Positions 35,000-43,501 of a stretch of 64,000 nt of DNA are shown piece after piece. How positions within the stretch are numbered: position 1 is the first letter of the stretch; the number at the start of each line of letters is the position of its first letter. Below the pieces are notes generated by a model that saw nothing but the letters and a program-made list of their open reading frames with translations, made no database searches and was not told the origin of the DNA. The position numbers were made by a program, and so were the translations under genes. The stretch lies in the NCBI GenBank assembly GCA_035498405.1, contig DATKAE010000084.1, forward strand, positions 90,544 through 154,543, in the 5' to 3' direction. The DNA comes from Thermoanaerobaculia bacterium. GTDB lineage: Bacteria > Acidobacteriota > Thermoanaerobaculia > UBA5066 > Gp7-AA6.

Positions 35000-35848
35000 C
35001 TAAGGGAACTTGTGCCAGCCGCCGTAGTCGACCACGACCGGGAGGTCGTCTTCGGTTGCGACGGGTTCCCAGATAGGTGCCGCCACGGCCGCCCGGAATT
35101 CGTATCCGATCTCGTTGAAAGAAAACCCGGTCGGAAACCAGGTGCTCCACTGATCGGCGTTGAATCGCTTCTCCTTGTGCATTGAGACGCGGAAGGCGTC
35201 CGGCGTTTCGTCTATGACCACGTTGAAGTAGAGACCACCGGCGTCGGGTCGGTCCGCCACACCGACGAAGAATTCGATGAGGTGCCGCTGGTTCTTTCGC
35301 TGGGACCGGTCACGAGGCATCGCTTGTCCTGGGACATCGGCCCAGCTTTGTTTCAGGGAGCCGTCATTGCTAAAGTACTGGTTGGCTTCCCCACCCTTGG
35401 TGTAAGCGCCCGTCCGGGAGCGGCCGTCAAGCCCGAGCGGAGCTTCCCAGACTCTCCAGACCCTGTAGATTGCCAAAGGGGACATACCCCAGGAGTCCGT
35501 CGTGTCTTTTCCGTCGCACCAGACCTCGATGCGGTTGTTTCCGTGTACGAAGAAGTTGTCGCCGTCGCGAGCGAGGATGTGCGAGCCATCGATTGGAGTC
35601 GAATCCTTGATCGTGAAGCCGAGCATGTCGGATCTCTGGGGCGAGTAGCGGAGCTGAATCCTGGAGGGTTTGTGGCGCAACGGCTTCGGCGCGTGCTGGA
35701 CCTTGACCCGGGCCTTCGTCACGATCTCGCCCTGCGGCGGAATGACTGTCCACGCGGCCGACGGGTCGTGCGCGTCGTTGTGACCCAGGGGGCCGGGCGT
35801 TCTCGGTGGCAACCTGTTTCCGTCGGTCATCGTGCGTCGTCCATCCAA
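35000..35848 (-). CDS. hypothetical protein (no family recognised)
   Basis: 282-aa ORF, Trp/aromatic-rich, with no signal peptide. The start is TTG 35848 or ATG 35830. Lies downstream of the tssBC-like gene on the same strand. Confidence 0.5.
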   Translation of the reverse strand: MDGRRTMTDGNRLPPRTPGPLGHNDAHDPSAAWTVIPPQGEIVTKARVKVQHAPKPLRHKPSRIQLRYSPQRSDMLGFTIKDSTPIDGSHILARDGDNFFVHGNNRIEVWCDGKDTTDSWGMSPLAIYRVWRVWEAPLGLDGRSRTGAYTKGGEANQYFSNDGSLKQSWADVPGQAMPRDRSQRKNQRHLIEFFVGVADRPDAGGLYFNVVIDETPDAFRVSMHKEKRFNADQWSTWFPTGFSFNEIGYEFRAAVAAPIWEPVATEDDLPVVVDYGGWHKFP

Positions 35849-35927
35849 TCCTGAAGGAATCTCTTCGGGAGAATCGAGGGTCCTCGATTAGTTTACCGAA
35901 TCCGGTGCCCCCCGTCACAAGAGACGG

Positions 35928-37418
35928 TCAACCTTCGAACGTCCCGAGCCGTGATGGGGGGTCGGCCACCGATTGGAGCCGCGCCATGCGGACGACATCT
36001 CGATCCGGCAGTGCCATGACCGCCATGACGCCTCGTTCGAGCATCGCTTCGGCGACCGAGAGCGGCAGGGACGTCTCGGCGCACGGCTGCAGTCGGCTCT
36101 CGCCGTCGTCCTCGTAGACGTGCAGGGGAAGTCCTGTTAGGGTCCCGGGGGACTCGAGGAGGGCGAGGCAGAGCAGAGCAGGATTTCCCCAGAGGTAGCT
36201 GTCGTGGTCCGGAGTACCTTCGAACTCCTCGAAGGCGAAGTGCTCGGCCGGGTCGGTCCGCCCACCGTAGGGCAGGCGGAGCAGGAAGCGCGGCGCGGCA
36301 AGCCCCAGGTATCGCGCCTCGGGCAGGTGGCGAAGGGCCGCCCAGAGCTCCTCGACGGGCTCGCCCTGCGACTTCAGCCACCGCCGGGGATCCGGAGCGG
36401 ACGCGAAGGAGTCGCAGGCGAGAAGCGAGGGAGCCGCGGCGGAGAGAAACGGAGCATTGGCGGCGGCGGCCACCTTTCCGACGCGGGCGAGTAGGGCGAC
36501 GTCTTCGACCGTCGGACCGAATTCGTAGAGCCCTGCCACGGCGCTCCACGGTGACGCTCCCGGTGTGTCGCGCACCGAGCCGACGAGGATGCGGTAGAGG
36601 CCGGAGTCGGAGAGCTCGCTGGCGCCCTTTGCGTCGAGGGCGAGCTCTTCCTTTGTGGCGTCGAGAATCTCGACGCGCAGGTCTTCGCCGGTCTCCACAT
36701 GCCGGAGCAGGAAGACGAGACCCCGCCAGGCGGCCTCGATCCCCTGGAAGGCCGGGTCGTGCAGGACGCGGCGCATCCGGGCACCGATCTCCTGGTCGGC
36801 CCGAATGATTAGCCGTTCCTTCTCGCCGCCCCCGGCTCGCTCGAGGTGGGGCGTCACGATCTGCTCAACGAAGGCCTCGAAGTCGCCGCTCTTAGACTTG
36901 GGAGACGGGGTTGCTCCGCTGGTCGCGAGGATCTCCTCCAGAAGGCCCGGTGCCTCCGGTCCGTCACTCGGGGTCCCCGGCGGCGGCTCGCGACGGGCCG
37001 CCGTCTGCTGCGCCGACCACGCCCGGACCGCGGCGGCGGCCTCGTCGAACCGCTCGGGATCCTCGAGCCCTTGACGGATTCGCCGAAGATCGTGGAATGC
37101 GGGCTCCCGCAACAGGAGTCGGTCGGGATGAAGGTCGTCGAGGCTCCGAGGGCGAAATAAAGGGCCGGTCCCCTCCGCCGAAGCGAGTCGGATCTCGACG
37201 GAAAGGCGTGCAAAGAGAGCGTCCAAGTTATCGATATCCACGGCAATCGGGCGGCGCTCGGGGCCGAGCGGCTCTCGGACGAGACGGCTGGCCCGGTCGG
37301 AGAAGTCGCCGATGACGAGGAGGCGTCGCCGCTCCTCCGGATCGATGCGGGGCTCTTCTTCCTCCCGAGAGGAGACGAGAAAGGCCTCGGCTCGGTCCGG
37401 ATGTGCAAAGGTCGGCAT
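35928..37418 (-). CDS. fused TssB-like/TssC-like sheath paralog, truncated at both ends relative to canonical TssB+TssC
   Basis: 496 aa. The N-terminal part LLVIGDFSD...IAVDIDNLDALFARLSVEI...SLDDLHPDRL parallels TssB (VLGVLGDFSG...IEIDRDNFDQVLAGMAPRL...SLQDFEPDNV). The rest, HDPAFQGIEAAWRGLVFLL, AAANAPFLSAAAPSLL, RYLGLAAPRFLLRLPYG and YLWGNPA, parallels TssC. Confidence 0.7.
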   Translation of the reverse strand: MPTFAHPDRAEAFLVSSREEEEPRIDPEERRRLLVIGDFSDRASRLVREPLGPERRPIAVDIDNLDALFARLSVEIRLASAEGTGPLFRPRSLDDLHPDRLLLREPAFHDLRRIRQGLEDPERFDEAAAAVRAWSAQQTAARREPPPGTPSDGPEAPGLLEEILATSGATPSPKSKSGDFEAFVEQIVTPHLERAGGGEKERLIIRADQEIGARMRRVLHDPAFQGIEAAWRGLVFLLRHVETGEDLRVEILDATKEELALDAKGASELSDSGLYRILVGSVRDTPGASPWSAVAGLYEFGPTVEDVALLARVGKVAAAANAPFLSAAAPSLLACDSFASAPDPRRWLKSQGEPVEELWAALRHLPEARYLGLAAPRFLLRLPYGGRTDPAEHFAFEEFEGTPDHDSYLWGNPALLCLALLESPGTLTGLPLHVYEDDGESRLQPCAETSLPLSVAEAMLERGVMAVMALPDRDVVRMARLQSVADPPSRLGTFEG

Positions 37419-37476
37419 GTCTCGTGGAGCTCTGCGGTCCTTATACTCTGGGCGCCGTGTCTCGGCAACCGAACTA

Positions 37477-38553
37477 GTGAAACGGCCGATCGGAGAGGAT
37501 TACGAGTCGGCGGCGGCGGCCCCACCCGCGATTGCTCGGGTGTGGCGCGGGAGCCGGCTCGAATCGACACATCGCGGCGACGCGGCGGTCGTGGACGCCG
37601 ACGGGCGCGCGATCTTCGGTCTCGGTGACTCCCGGCACGGCATCTTCATCCGTTCCGCGGGCAAGCCTTTTCAGGTGCTCCCCTTGCTCGAGGCCGGCGG
37701 AGAACGTGCGTTCCGTCTGGGCGACGACGAGATCGGTCTCATTTGTGCCTCCCACGGGGGCGAGCCGCGGCACGTTCGGGTGGCAGAGCGGCTGCTCAAA
37801 CGGGGAGGATTCACGGTGCGAGACCTCGTGTGCGGTGCGCACTGGCCGATGCACGAGCCGTCGGCTCGCGCGATGGCACGGCGCGGCGCGAGTCCGAGCG
37901 CGCTTCACAACAACTGCTCCGGCAAGCACGCGGGTCTTCTGCTGGCCTGCCGGCTTTACGGATTTTCGGCTCGGGGCTACGAGGAGCCGAACCATCCAAT
38001 CCAGAAGGAGGTTCTGCGGCGAATCTCCGATTTCGGCGGCGTGCCGGCTGGCGAAATTCCGATCGCCGTGGATGGTTGCAATCTCCCGGTCTTCTTCCTT
38101 CCGCTCTCGAGCCTGGCGCGCGGGTATGCGAGGCTACTCGCAGCCCGCCTGGAGGGCGAGTCCCGGCCAATCGCCCAGGCGCGTCGGCGGGCCGTTGGCG
38201 CCATGACCGCGAGCCCCGAGATGGTCGCCGGGCGTGGCCGCTTCACGACCGCTTTTCTCCGCGCCGGCGCCGGGCGTTGGATCGGCAAAGAGGGGGCGGA
38301 GGGCGTCTACGCGGTGGGCGTGCGGGGGTCGACCCGGACCGGCGGTCGGTCGGTCGGAATCGCCTTGAAGATAGAAGACGGGGCGGCGCGCCCGAGGGAT
38401 GCCGTCACGCTGGCAATACTCGACCGCCTGGGGCTCCTTTCGTCACGAGCCGGGTCTCTGCTCTCCGAGTACCGACGCCCGGCCATCCGCAACGTGCGGG
38501 GTGACATTGTCGGCGCGCTGGAGGCGGAGGTCCACCTGGGAGCTGGGCCATAA
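37477..38553 (+). CDS. asparaginase-II family protein (PF06089-like)
   Basis: Motifs ESTHRGDAAVVDADG, ICASHGGEPRH and HNNCSGKHAGLL. GTG 37477 gives a typical N-terminal length. ATG 37417 would overlap the divergent gene's start codon. Confidence 0.7.
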   Translation: MKRPIGEDYESAAAAPPAIARVWRGSRLESTHRGDAAVVDADGRAIFGLGDSRHGIFIRSAGKPFQVLPLLEAGGERAFRLGDDEIGLICASHGGEPRHVRVAERLLKRGGFTVRDLVCGAHWPMHEPSARAMARRGASPSALHNNCSGKHAGLLLACRLYGFSARGYEEPNHPIQKEVLRRISDFGGVPAGEIPIAVDGCNLPVFFLPLSSLARGYARLLAARLEGESRPIAQARRRAVGAMTASPEMVAGRGRFTTAFLRAGAGRWIGKEGAEGVYAVGVRGSTRTGGRSVGIALKIEDGAARPRDAVTLAILDRLGLLSSRAGSLLSEYRRPAIRNVRGDIVGALEAEVHLGAGP

Positions 38554-38569
38554 TCCCGGACGACAATCG

Positions 38570-40033
38570 ATGGCCTACAAGGACCTCGGCTCGTTTCTGG
38601 CGGCCCTGGAGAAGGACGGAGAACTCGTCCGCGTGCGAGAGGAGGTGTCTCGGCATCTCGAGATCACGGAGATCGCCGATCGGGCCGTGAAGGGAGGCGG
38701 ACCCGCGCTGCTCTTCGAGAAGGTTCGCGGCTCGACGATGCCGGTCGCGATCAACGTCTTCGCGTCGCGCCGGCGCATGCTGAAGGCCCTGGAGATCTCC
38801 TCCTACGCCGAGTGGGACGACCGGCTCGACTTCTTCCTCGACCCGAAGCCCCCGGAAGGGATCCTGGAGAAGCTCAAGGCGCTGCCGCGCGTCACGGAGC
38901 TCGCGGCGGTCTTCCCAAAGACGGTTCGATCGGCCCCAAGCCAGGAGGTCGTCGAGGCCGGCGAGGCCGTGGATCTCGGCAAGCTGCCGATTCTCACGTG
39001 CTGGCCAGAAGACGCGGGCCCTTTCATCACGATGCCGCTCGTGATCACGAAAGACGCGGCGTCCGGGAAGACGAACGTCGGTATGTACCGCATGCAGGTC
39101 TTCGACCGGAGGACGACCGGCATGCATTGGCAAAAGCACAAGGACGGGGCGGGCCAGGCGCGAGGCTACGAGCGGGAGGGTCGCCGAATGGAGGTGGCCG
39201 TCGCCATCGGGTGCGATCCGGCGACGGTCTTCTCCGCGATCGCTCCGCTGCCGCCGGGACTCTCGGAGTTTCTCTTTGCCGGGTTCGTCCGGGGCGAGGC
39301 GGTGCCGCTCGTGGCCGGCAGGACCGTCGACTTGCTGGTCCCGGCCGAGGCGGAGATCGTGCTGGAGGGATTCGTCGAGCCCGGAGAGCGCCGAGTCGAG
39401 GGTCCCTTCGGGGACCATACGGGCTTTTACTCCTTGGAGGACGAGTTTCCCGTCTTCCACATCACGGCGATCACGCGCCGGCGGGACCCGGTCTACATGA
39501 CGACGATCGTCGGCCGTCCTCCCATGGAGGACGGATTCATGGGAGAAGCGGTCGAGCGGCTCTTTCTTCCTCTCGTCAAGAAGACGATCCCGGAAATCGT
39601 CGACATGTGGCTCCCGGTCGAGGGGATCTTTCACAATCTGATCATCGTCGCGATCGACAAGCGATTTCCGGGCCACGCGCGCAAGACGATGAACGCCATC
39701 TGGGGCAGCGGCCAGATGATGTTCAGCAAGACGATCGTGGTCGTCGACGCGGACGTCGAGCTGCGGAAGGCGCCGGAGCTGCTCTGGCGGGTCCTGACGG
39801 CGATCGATCCGGAGCGGGATATCGAATTTGTCCGGGGGCCGGTCGATGAGCTGGACTTCTCGTCGCGCCTGCCGTGCTACGGAAGCAAGATGGGAATCGA
39901 CGCGACCCGGAAGTGGAAGTCCGAGGGATTCCACCGGCCCTGGCCTCCCGAGATCGTCATGAGCGTCGAGGTCAAGAAGAGGGTCGACGACCTCTGGCCC
40001 TCGCTCGGAATCTCGCCCCGGAACAAGAGTTGA
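38570..40033 (+). CDS. UbiD-family (prenyl-FMN-dependent) decarboxylase
   Basis: MAYKDLGSFLAALEKDGELVRVREEV...GGPALLFEKVRGS is a typical UbiD N-terminus. 487 aa from ATG 38570. Confidence 0.85.
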   Translation: MAYKDLGSFLAALEKDGELVRVREEVSRHLEITEIADRAVKGGGPALLFEKVRGSTMPVAINVFASRRRMLKALEISSYAEWDDRLDFFLDPKPPEGILEKLKALPRVTELAAVFPKTVRSAPSQEVVEAGEAVDLGKLPILTCWPEDAGPFITMPLVITKDAASGKTNVGMYRMQVFDRRTTGMHWQKHKDGAGQARGYEREGRRMEVAVAIGCDPATVFSAIAPLPPGLSEFLFAGFVRGEAVPLVAGRTVDLLVPAEAEIVLEGFVEPGERRVEGPFGDHTGFYSLEDEFPVFHITAITRRRDPVYMTTIVGRPPMEDGFMGEAVERLFLPLVKKTIPEIVDMWLPVEGIFHNLIIVAIDKRFPGHARKTMNAIWGSGQMMFSKTIVVVDADVELRKAPELLWRVLTAIDPERDIEFVRGPVDELDFSSRLPCYGSKMGIDATRKWKSEGFHRPWPPEIVMSVEVKKRVDDLWPSLGISPRNKS

Positions 40034-40069
40034 GGGCCGCGGTGCTAGAATCACGAGTTCGGTAAACGC

Positions 40070-41308
40070 ATGAGAGTGTTGATCGTCGATCCGGAGACCC
40101 AGTCGCGGGACACGCTTCGCCGCGTTTTCGCGGCCGCCGGGGATCAGGTTCGCGGCGTCGTTACCGCCGGCGAGGCCGAGCGGCACCTGCTCGACTTTGC
40201 GCCGGAGGCCGTTGTCGTCGACTGGGGCGCAAGCGAGCGGGATGGGGACTTTCTCGGTCGGGCGCGGTCGACGGACCCTAGCCGCGGAGTCTTCGCTTTG
40301 ATCGACGCCTCGGATCTCCCGAACGGCATCCGCGCCATGGAACAGGGCGCCAACGACTTCCTCTGGCGGCCGATCGAGGAGGCGCGGGTTGCGCTGTTGC
40401 GTTCCCGCTTCCTCGCCTGGCGCGAGCGAGAGGCGTGGATCGAGCAGCTGCGTCTGCGGCTGGTCCGGAGCGACATCTCGACAGCCTTGCCGGGCCGCTC
40501 GCCGCGGTGGAGGGAGGCGCTGGTTTCCCTGGAGCGCGAGGCTCGCCTGGAGTCGCCCGTTCTTCTGACCGGCGAGGCGGGCACGGAGAAGGAACCGGCG
40601 GCACGGGCACTGCACCGGCTCTCGCGTCGAGGCTCGGAACCCTTCCTGGTCGCCGCCGACTGGAACGGTCTCGAACCGGCGATGACCGCCGGAGGGACGC
40701 TGTTCCTCCCGGGAATCGAGGCCGCTCCCTCGACCGTGCAAGCGGCGCTGCTGGCCGAGGTCGAGAGCCCGCGAAGTCGGCGGCTGGTTCTCTCGATCGA
40801 CCTGGATCCACGCGAGGCGACCGGAAGCGGGCGACTGTCGACGGATCTGGCCGCGAGCATGTCGGAGCACGTCGTTCATCTGCCCCCCTTGCGCGAACGG
40901 CGCGAGGACATCGAACTACTGGCCCGCCAGTTCCTGCAGGAGCTCGAGCCGGAGCTCTCTTTCGACGTGCGCGCGATCGACGCCCTGGTGGCGCACGACT
41001 GGCCGGGAAATGTCCGCGAGCTGAAAGAGGTCGTCCGCCGCGCCGCTCGTTTGACGGAGGGACCGGCGATCGGGCCGACGGTCGTGACCTCCGTGCTCGG
41101 CCGCCCCCTCGCTTCCCGCCGTTCGCGCCGCAAGAAGACGCCGGTCGTGCGCATCGCCGTGGGAGACTCGCTGGCCGACGTCGAGCGTCGTCTGATTCAG
41201 AAGACCCTGGAATTCGCGCGGGGAAACAAGAGGAAGACCGCCGAGCTGCTGAAGCTGTCGCTCAAGACGATCTACAACAAGATCAAGGAATACGGGCTGG
41301 AGCACTGA
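40070..41308 (+). CDS. NtrC-family response-regulator-like protein with degenerate REC and AAA+ modules and an intact Fis-type HTH
   Basis: REC-like N-terminus (MRVLIVDPE...VVVDW). Walker A GEAGTEKE (consensus GESGTGKE). Walker B LFLPGI (consensus LFLDEI). No GAFTGA loop seen. HDWPGNVRELKEV is present. C-terminal HTH KRKTAELLKLSLKTIYNKIKEYGL. Confidence 0.8.
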   Translation: MRVLIVDPETQSRDTLRRVFAAAGDQVRGVVTAGEAERHLLDFAPEAVVVDWGASERDGDFLGRARSTDPSRGVFALIDASDLPNGIRAMEQGANDFLWRPIEEARVALLRSRFLAWREREAWIEQLRLRLVRSDISTALPGRSPRWREALVSLEREARLESPVLLTGEAGTEKEPAARALHRLSRRGSEPFLVAADWNGLEPAMTAGGTLFLPGIEAAPSTVQAALLAEVESPRSRRLVLSIDLDPREATGSGRLSTDLAASMSEHVVHLPPLRERREDIELLARQFLQELEPELSFDVRAIDALVAHDWPGNVRELKEVVRRAARLTEGPAIGPTVVTSVLGRPLASRRSRRKKTPVVRIAVGDSLADVERRLIQKTLEFARGNKRKTAELLKLSLKTIYNKIKEYGLEH

Positions 41309-41373
41309 GGCCGACAGAGCGGCCCGAAGCCCGGCCGGCACCGTCGTCCCGGTAATATGGGCTAGGCAAGCTT

Positions 41374-41460
41374 GCCGGAGTGGCGGAATGGCAGACGCAG
41401 GGGACTCAAAATCCCCCGCTCCTCGCGGGCATGAGGGTTCGACTCCCTCCTCCGGCACCA
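41374..41460 (+). tRNA. tRNA-Leu (anticodon CAA), class II with long variable arm, CCA encoded
   Basis: Acceptor GCCGGAG/CTCCGGC. Anticodon stem-loop GGGGA-CTCAAAA-TCCCC. T arm GAGGG-TTCGACT-CCCTC. 3' ACCA. Confidence 0.9.
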
Positions 41461-41500
41461 TTTGCTCTATGCTCGGACACACCGTAGCAGGGAGGGTGGC

Positions 41501-41913
41501 ATGTCGATCTACATGCACGATCCGGGCATCGACGGTGAGGCGCGGGGCATCTACAACGGGTGGATCGAGCTCACGAGTGTCCAGCGGCCGCAAGGCAGGA
41601 GCTCTCACGAACTCGTTGCACGAAATCCGTGGACAGCAGCTCCACGAAGCTCGCCAGGGAGGCGTTGGAGGGCAAGCAAGTAGAGGTCGAGATCGTCTTC
41701 ACCTCGGGGCTCAAGCCGGGTGAAATGATGTATATGAAGCTGACTCTGTCGGGCACGTTGATTTCGAGCTACCAGACTTCAGGGTCGGCTCGTTCCGACG
41801 ACGTGATCGAGACGTTCACGCTGAATTTCGCGGACGTCAAATTTGAAACCTTTGGGAACGCCGAGGGCGACAGTGCGGAAGGGATTTCCGTGTATGACCT
41901 CGGCGGCTCCTGA
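41501..41913 (+). pseudogene. hcp: orphan Hcp-like gene interrupted by a single frameshift
   Basis: GGAGGG RBS, then MSIYMHDPGIDGEARGIYNGWIELTSVQ (Hcp-like N-terminus) in frame 1. Frame 3 (offset +2) continues with TKSVDSSSTKLAREALEGKQVEVEIVF...LTLSGTLISSYQ (Hcp-like core). The span is 413 nt = 3x137+2, consistent with loss of one base. Confidence 0.6.
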
Positions 41914-42132
41914 TTCCCTGAGATCCTTCGGTGCGGCTGGCGCTGCGACGATCGATGGCGTTCGGGGCCTGCCGTAAAGTGGCCCTCCGAAAGAGGTTGA
42001 TGTCGAGAGCGTGGCTCCCCCAAGACGGGGGTCGAGCCTCCTAACTCCCTCTCCCGGTTGCCTTTTTGGCCCTTTTCGCCTAAAATTCGGGGTTCTGCGG
42101 ATTGGCTTCGTTACTTTTTTTAGGAGGATTGA

Positions 42133-42675
42133 GTGAGTTTCAGAGTGGGTGAGAAGGTGGTGTACCCCAACCACGGTGTGTCGGTTGTCGAGAAGATCGG
42201 CGAAGGCTTCGGAACAGAACCGGTTTCTCCTCGCAGCTTCTATCACCTCCGCCTCCTGGCCAACAACTCCAAGGTGATGGTTCCCATCGGCAACACGGAT
42301 CTGATCGGGTTGCGCCGTCTGACGCAGCGCAAGGACATCACCGGACTGATGAAGATGCTGGCGGACGGCCGGTTCTCGGCCACCGGCGACTGGAAGGGGC
42401 GCTACAAGCAGAATCTCGACAAGATGAAGAGCGGCCGCCTCCAGGACATCGCCGACGTCTTGAAGACGCTCAACTACATCTCGGCCCGCAAGACGCTGTC
42501 TTTCCGGGAAAAGAAGATGTACGAGCGGGCCCGGTACCTGATCATCTCGGAGATCGCGGTGATCAACGGCATGGACGAGGGGGAGGTCGAGCGTCAGGTC
42601 GACCGCGCGCTGGCCAAGTCGGCCCAAATGCGAAACGCGACGATCCGCACGCCGGAGCTTCGCGCATCGCATTGA
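42133..42675 (+). CDS. carD: CarD/CdnL-family RNA-polymerase-binding transcription regulator
   Basis: FRVGEKVVYPNHGVSVVEKI N-terminus. 180 aa. AGGAGG RBS. Confidence 0.9.
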   Translation: MSFRVGEKVVYPNHGVSVVEKIGEGFGTEPVSPRSFYHLRLLANNSKVMVPIGNTDLIGLRRLTQRKDITGLMKMLADGRFSATGDWKGRYKQNLDKMKSGRLQDIADVLKTLNYISARKTLSFREKKMYERARYLIISEIAVINGMDEGEVERQVDRALAKSAQMRNATIRTPELRASH

Positions 42676-42694
42676 GCGCAAGGGGCTGAGTATC

Positions 42695-42729
42695 GGGAAG
42701 GGAGGCGCCGAGCCTCCCTTCTTTTTTTG
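42695..42729 (+). terminator. Rho-independent terminator after carD
   Basis: Stem GGGAAGGGAGGC / GCCTCCCTTC around loop GCCGA, followed by a T8 run. Confidence 0.75.
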
Positions 42730-42787
42730 CCCGCGTCTTGTGCCGCTGGCCGATCCCGTCTCGGGACGGGACTAGAATCTCGATAGC

Positions 42788-43501
42788 GTGAGACGCCCGG
42801 GGTTGTTGGCGGTGGTGGGTCTGCTGGCAGCGAGTCTGCTCGGGGCCGATGCCTCGACCGAAGCGGCCCGCTCGGAGCTCGCCCGTGAGCGACGCTTGCT
42901 GGCCGCCGACGCGATACGCCTAGCCGATTTGACACACCGCCTGGAGGCGGCGCTGTCGGATCTGGGCGGCGCGAGCCACGCCGTTGCCGAGGCCGTCGGG
43001 CGTTCCGAATCCGTCGATGAGGTCACGCGGCGAGAGGACGCGCTTGCTTCAGTGGAGCAAGACGTCCGCTCGTTGCTCGATCGCCGACGGCTGTTGTCGG
43101 AGCGTGTGGTGGATCGCCGGCGCCATGTCGCGCTCCTCGAGCTCGAGATCCAGGCGAAGAGACCCGGTGACGTCCTGAATGGCCGGTGGGCCGTGGTCGT
43201 GGATCCCGGGGAGCAGCGCGGGTTGTTCCGGCTGTCGCTGCAGGGGACGATCGTCTCCGGCGAGTACCAGCTCGAGGGCGGCTACTCGGGCTCCCTGCGG
43301 GGTACGCTCGTCAACGACCGCGTGCGGCTCGAAAGCGTGGATTCCAAGCTCGGGTTCAACGCGATCTACTATGGCCGGCTCTCCCAGGACGGCCGGGAGC
43401 TGTCCGGGACGTGGGAAGCCACCAACCTGGGTGGGACGGGCGAGGTCGGCGGTGGCCGCTGGAAGGCCTCGCGAGAAGAGGAGAGGGAGGAGTCGCCGTG
43501 A
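42788..43501 (+). CDS. secreted coiled-coil hypothetical protein
   Basis: 237 aa. Signal peptide MRRPGLLAVVGLLAASLLGADAS. Heptad-like Leu/Arg/Glu-rich N-terminal half. Confidence 0.5.
   Translation: MRRPGLLAVVGLLAASLLGADASTEAARSELARERRLLAADAIRLADLTHRLEAALSDLGGASHAVAEAVGRSESVDEVTRREDALASVEQDVRSLLDRRRLLSERVVDRRRHVALLELEIQAKRPGDVLNGRWAVVVDPGEQRGLFRLSLQGTIVSGEYQLEGGYSGSLRGTLVNDRVRLESVDSKLGFNAIYYGRLSQDGRELSGTWEATNLGGTGEVGGGRWKASREEEREESP

Noticed and set aside
37419-37476. ATG 37417 as the start of the asparaginase-II-family gene.
   Set aside because: It would overlap the start codon of the divergent tssBC-like gene by 2 nt, leaving no promoter space. It would also add about 20 non-conserved residues. 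GTG 37477 fits the family N-terminus better, though this remains uncertain.
41300-42130. The tRNA-Leu flank as a genomic-island integration site carrying the T6SS.
   Set aside because: No integrase, recombinase, transposase or direct repeat of the tRNA 3' end was seen within the window. Only the small frameshifted hcp-like gene lies next to the tRNA.
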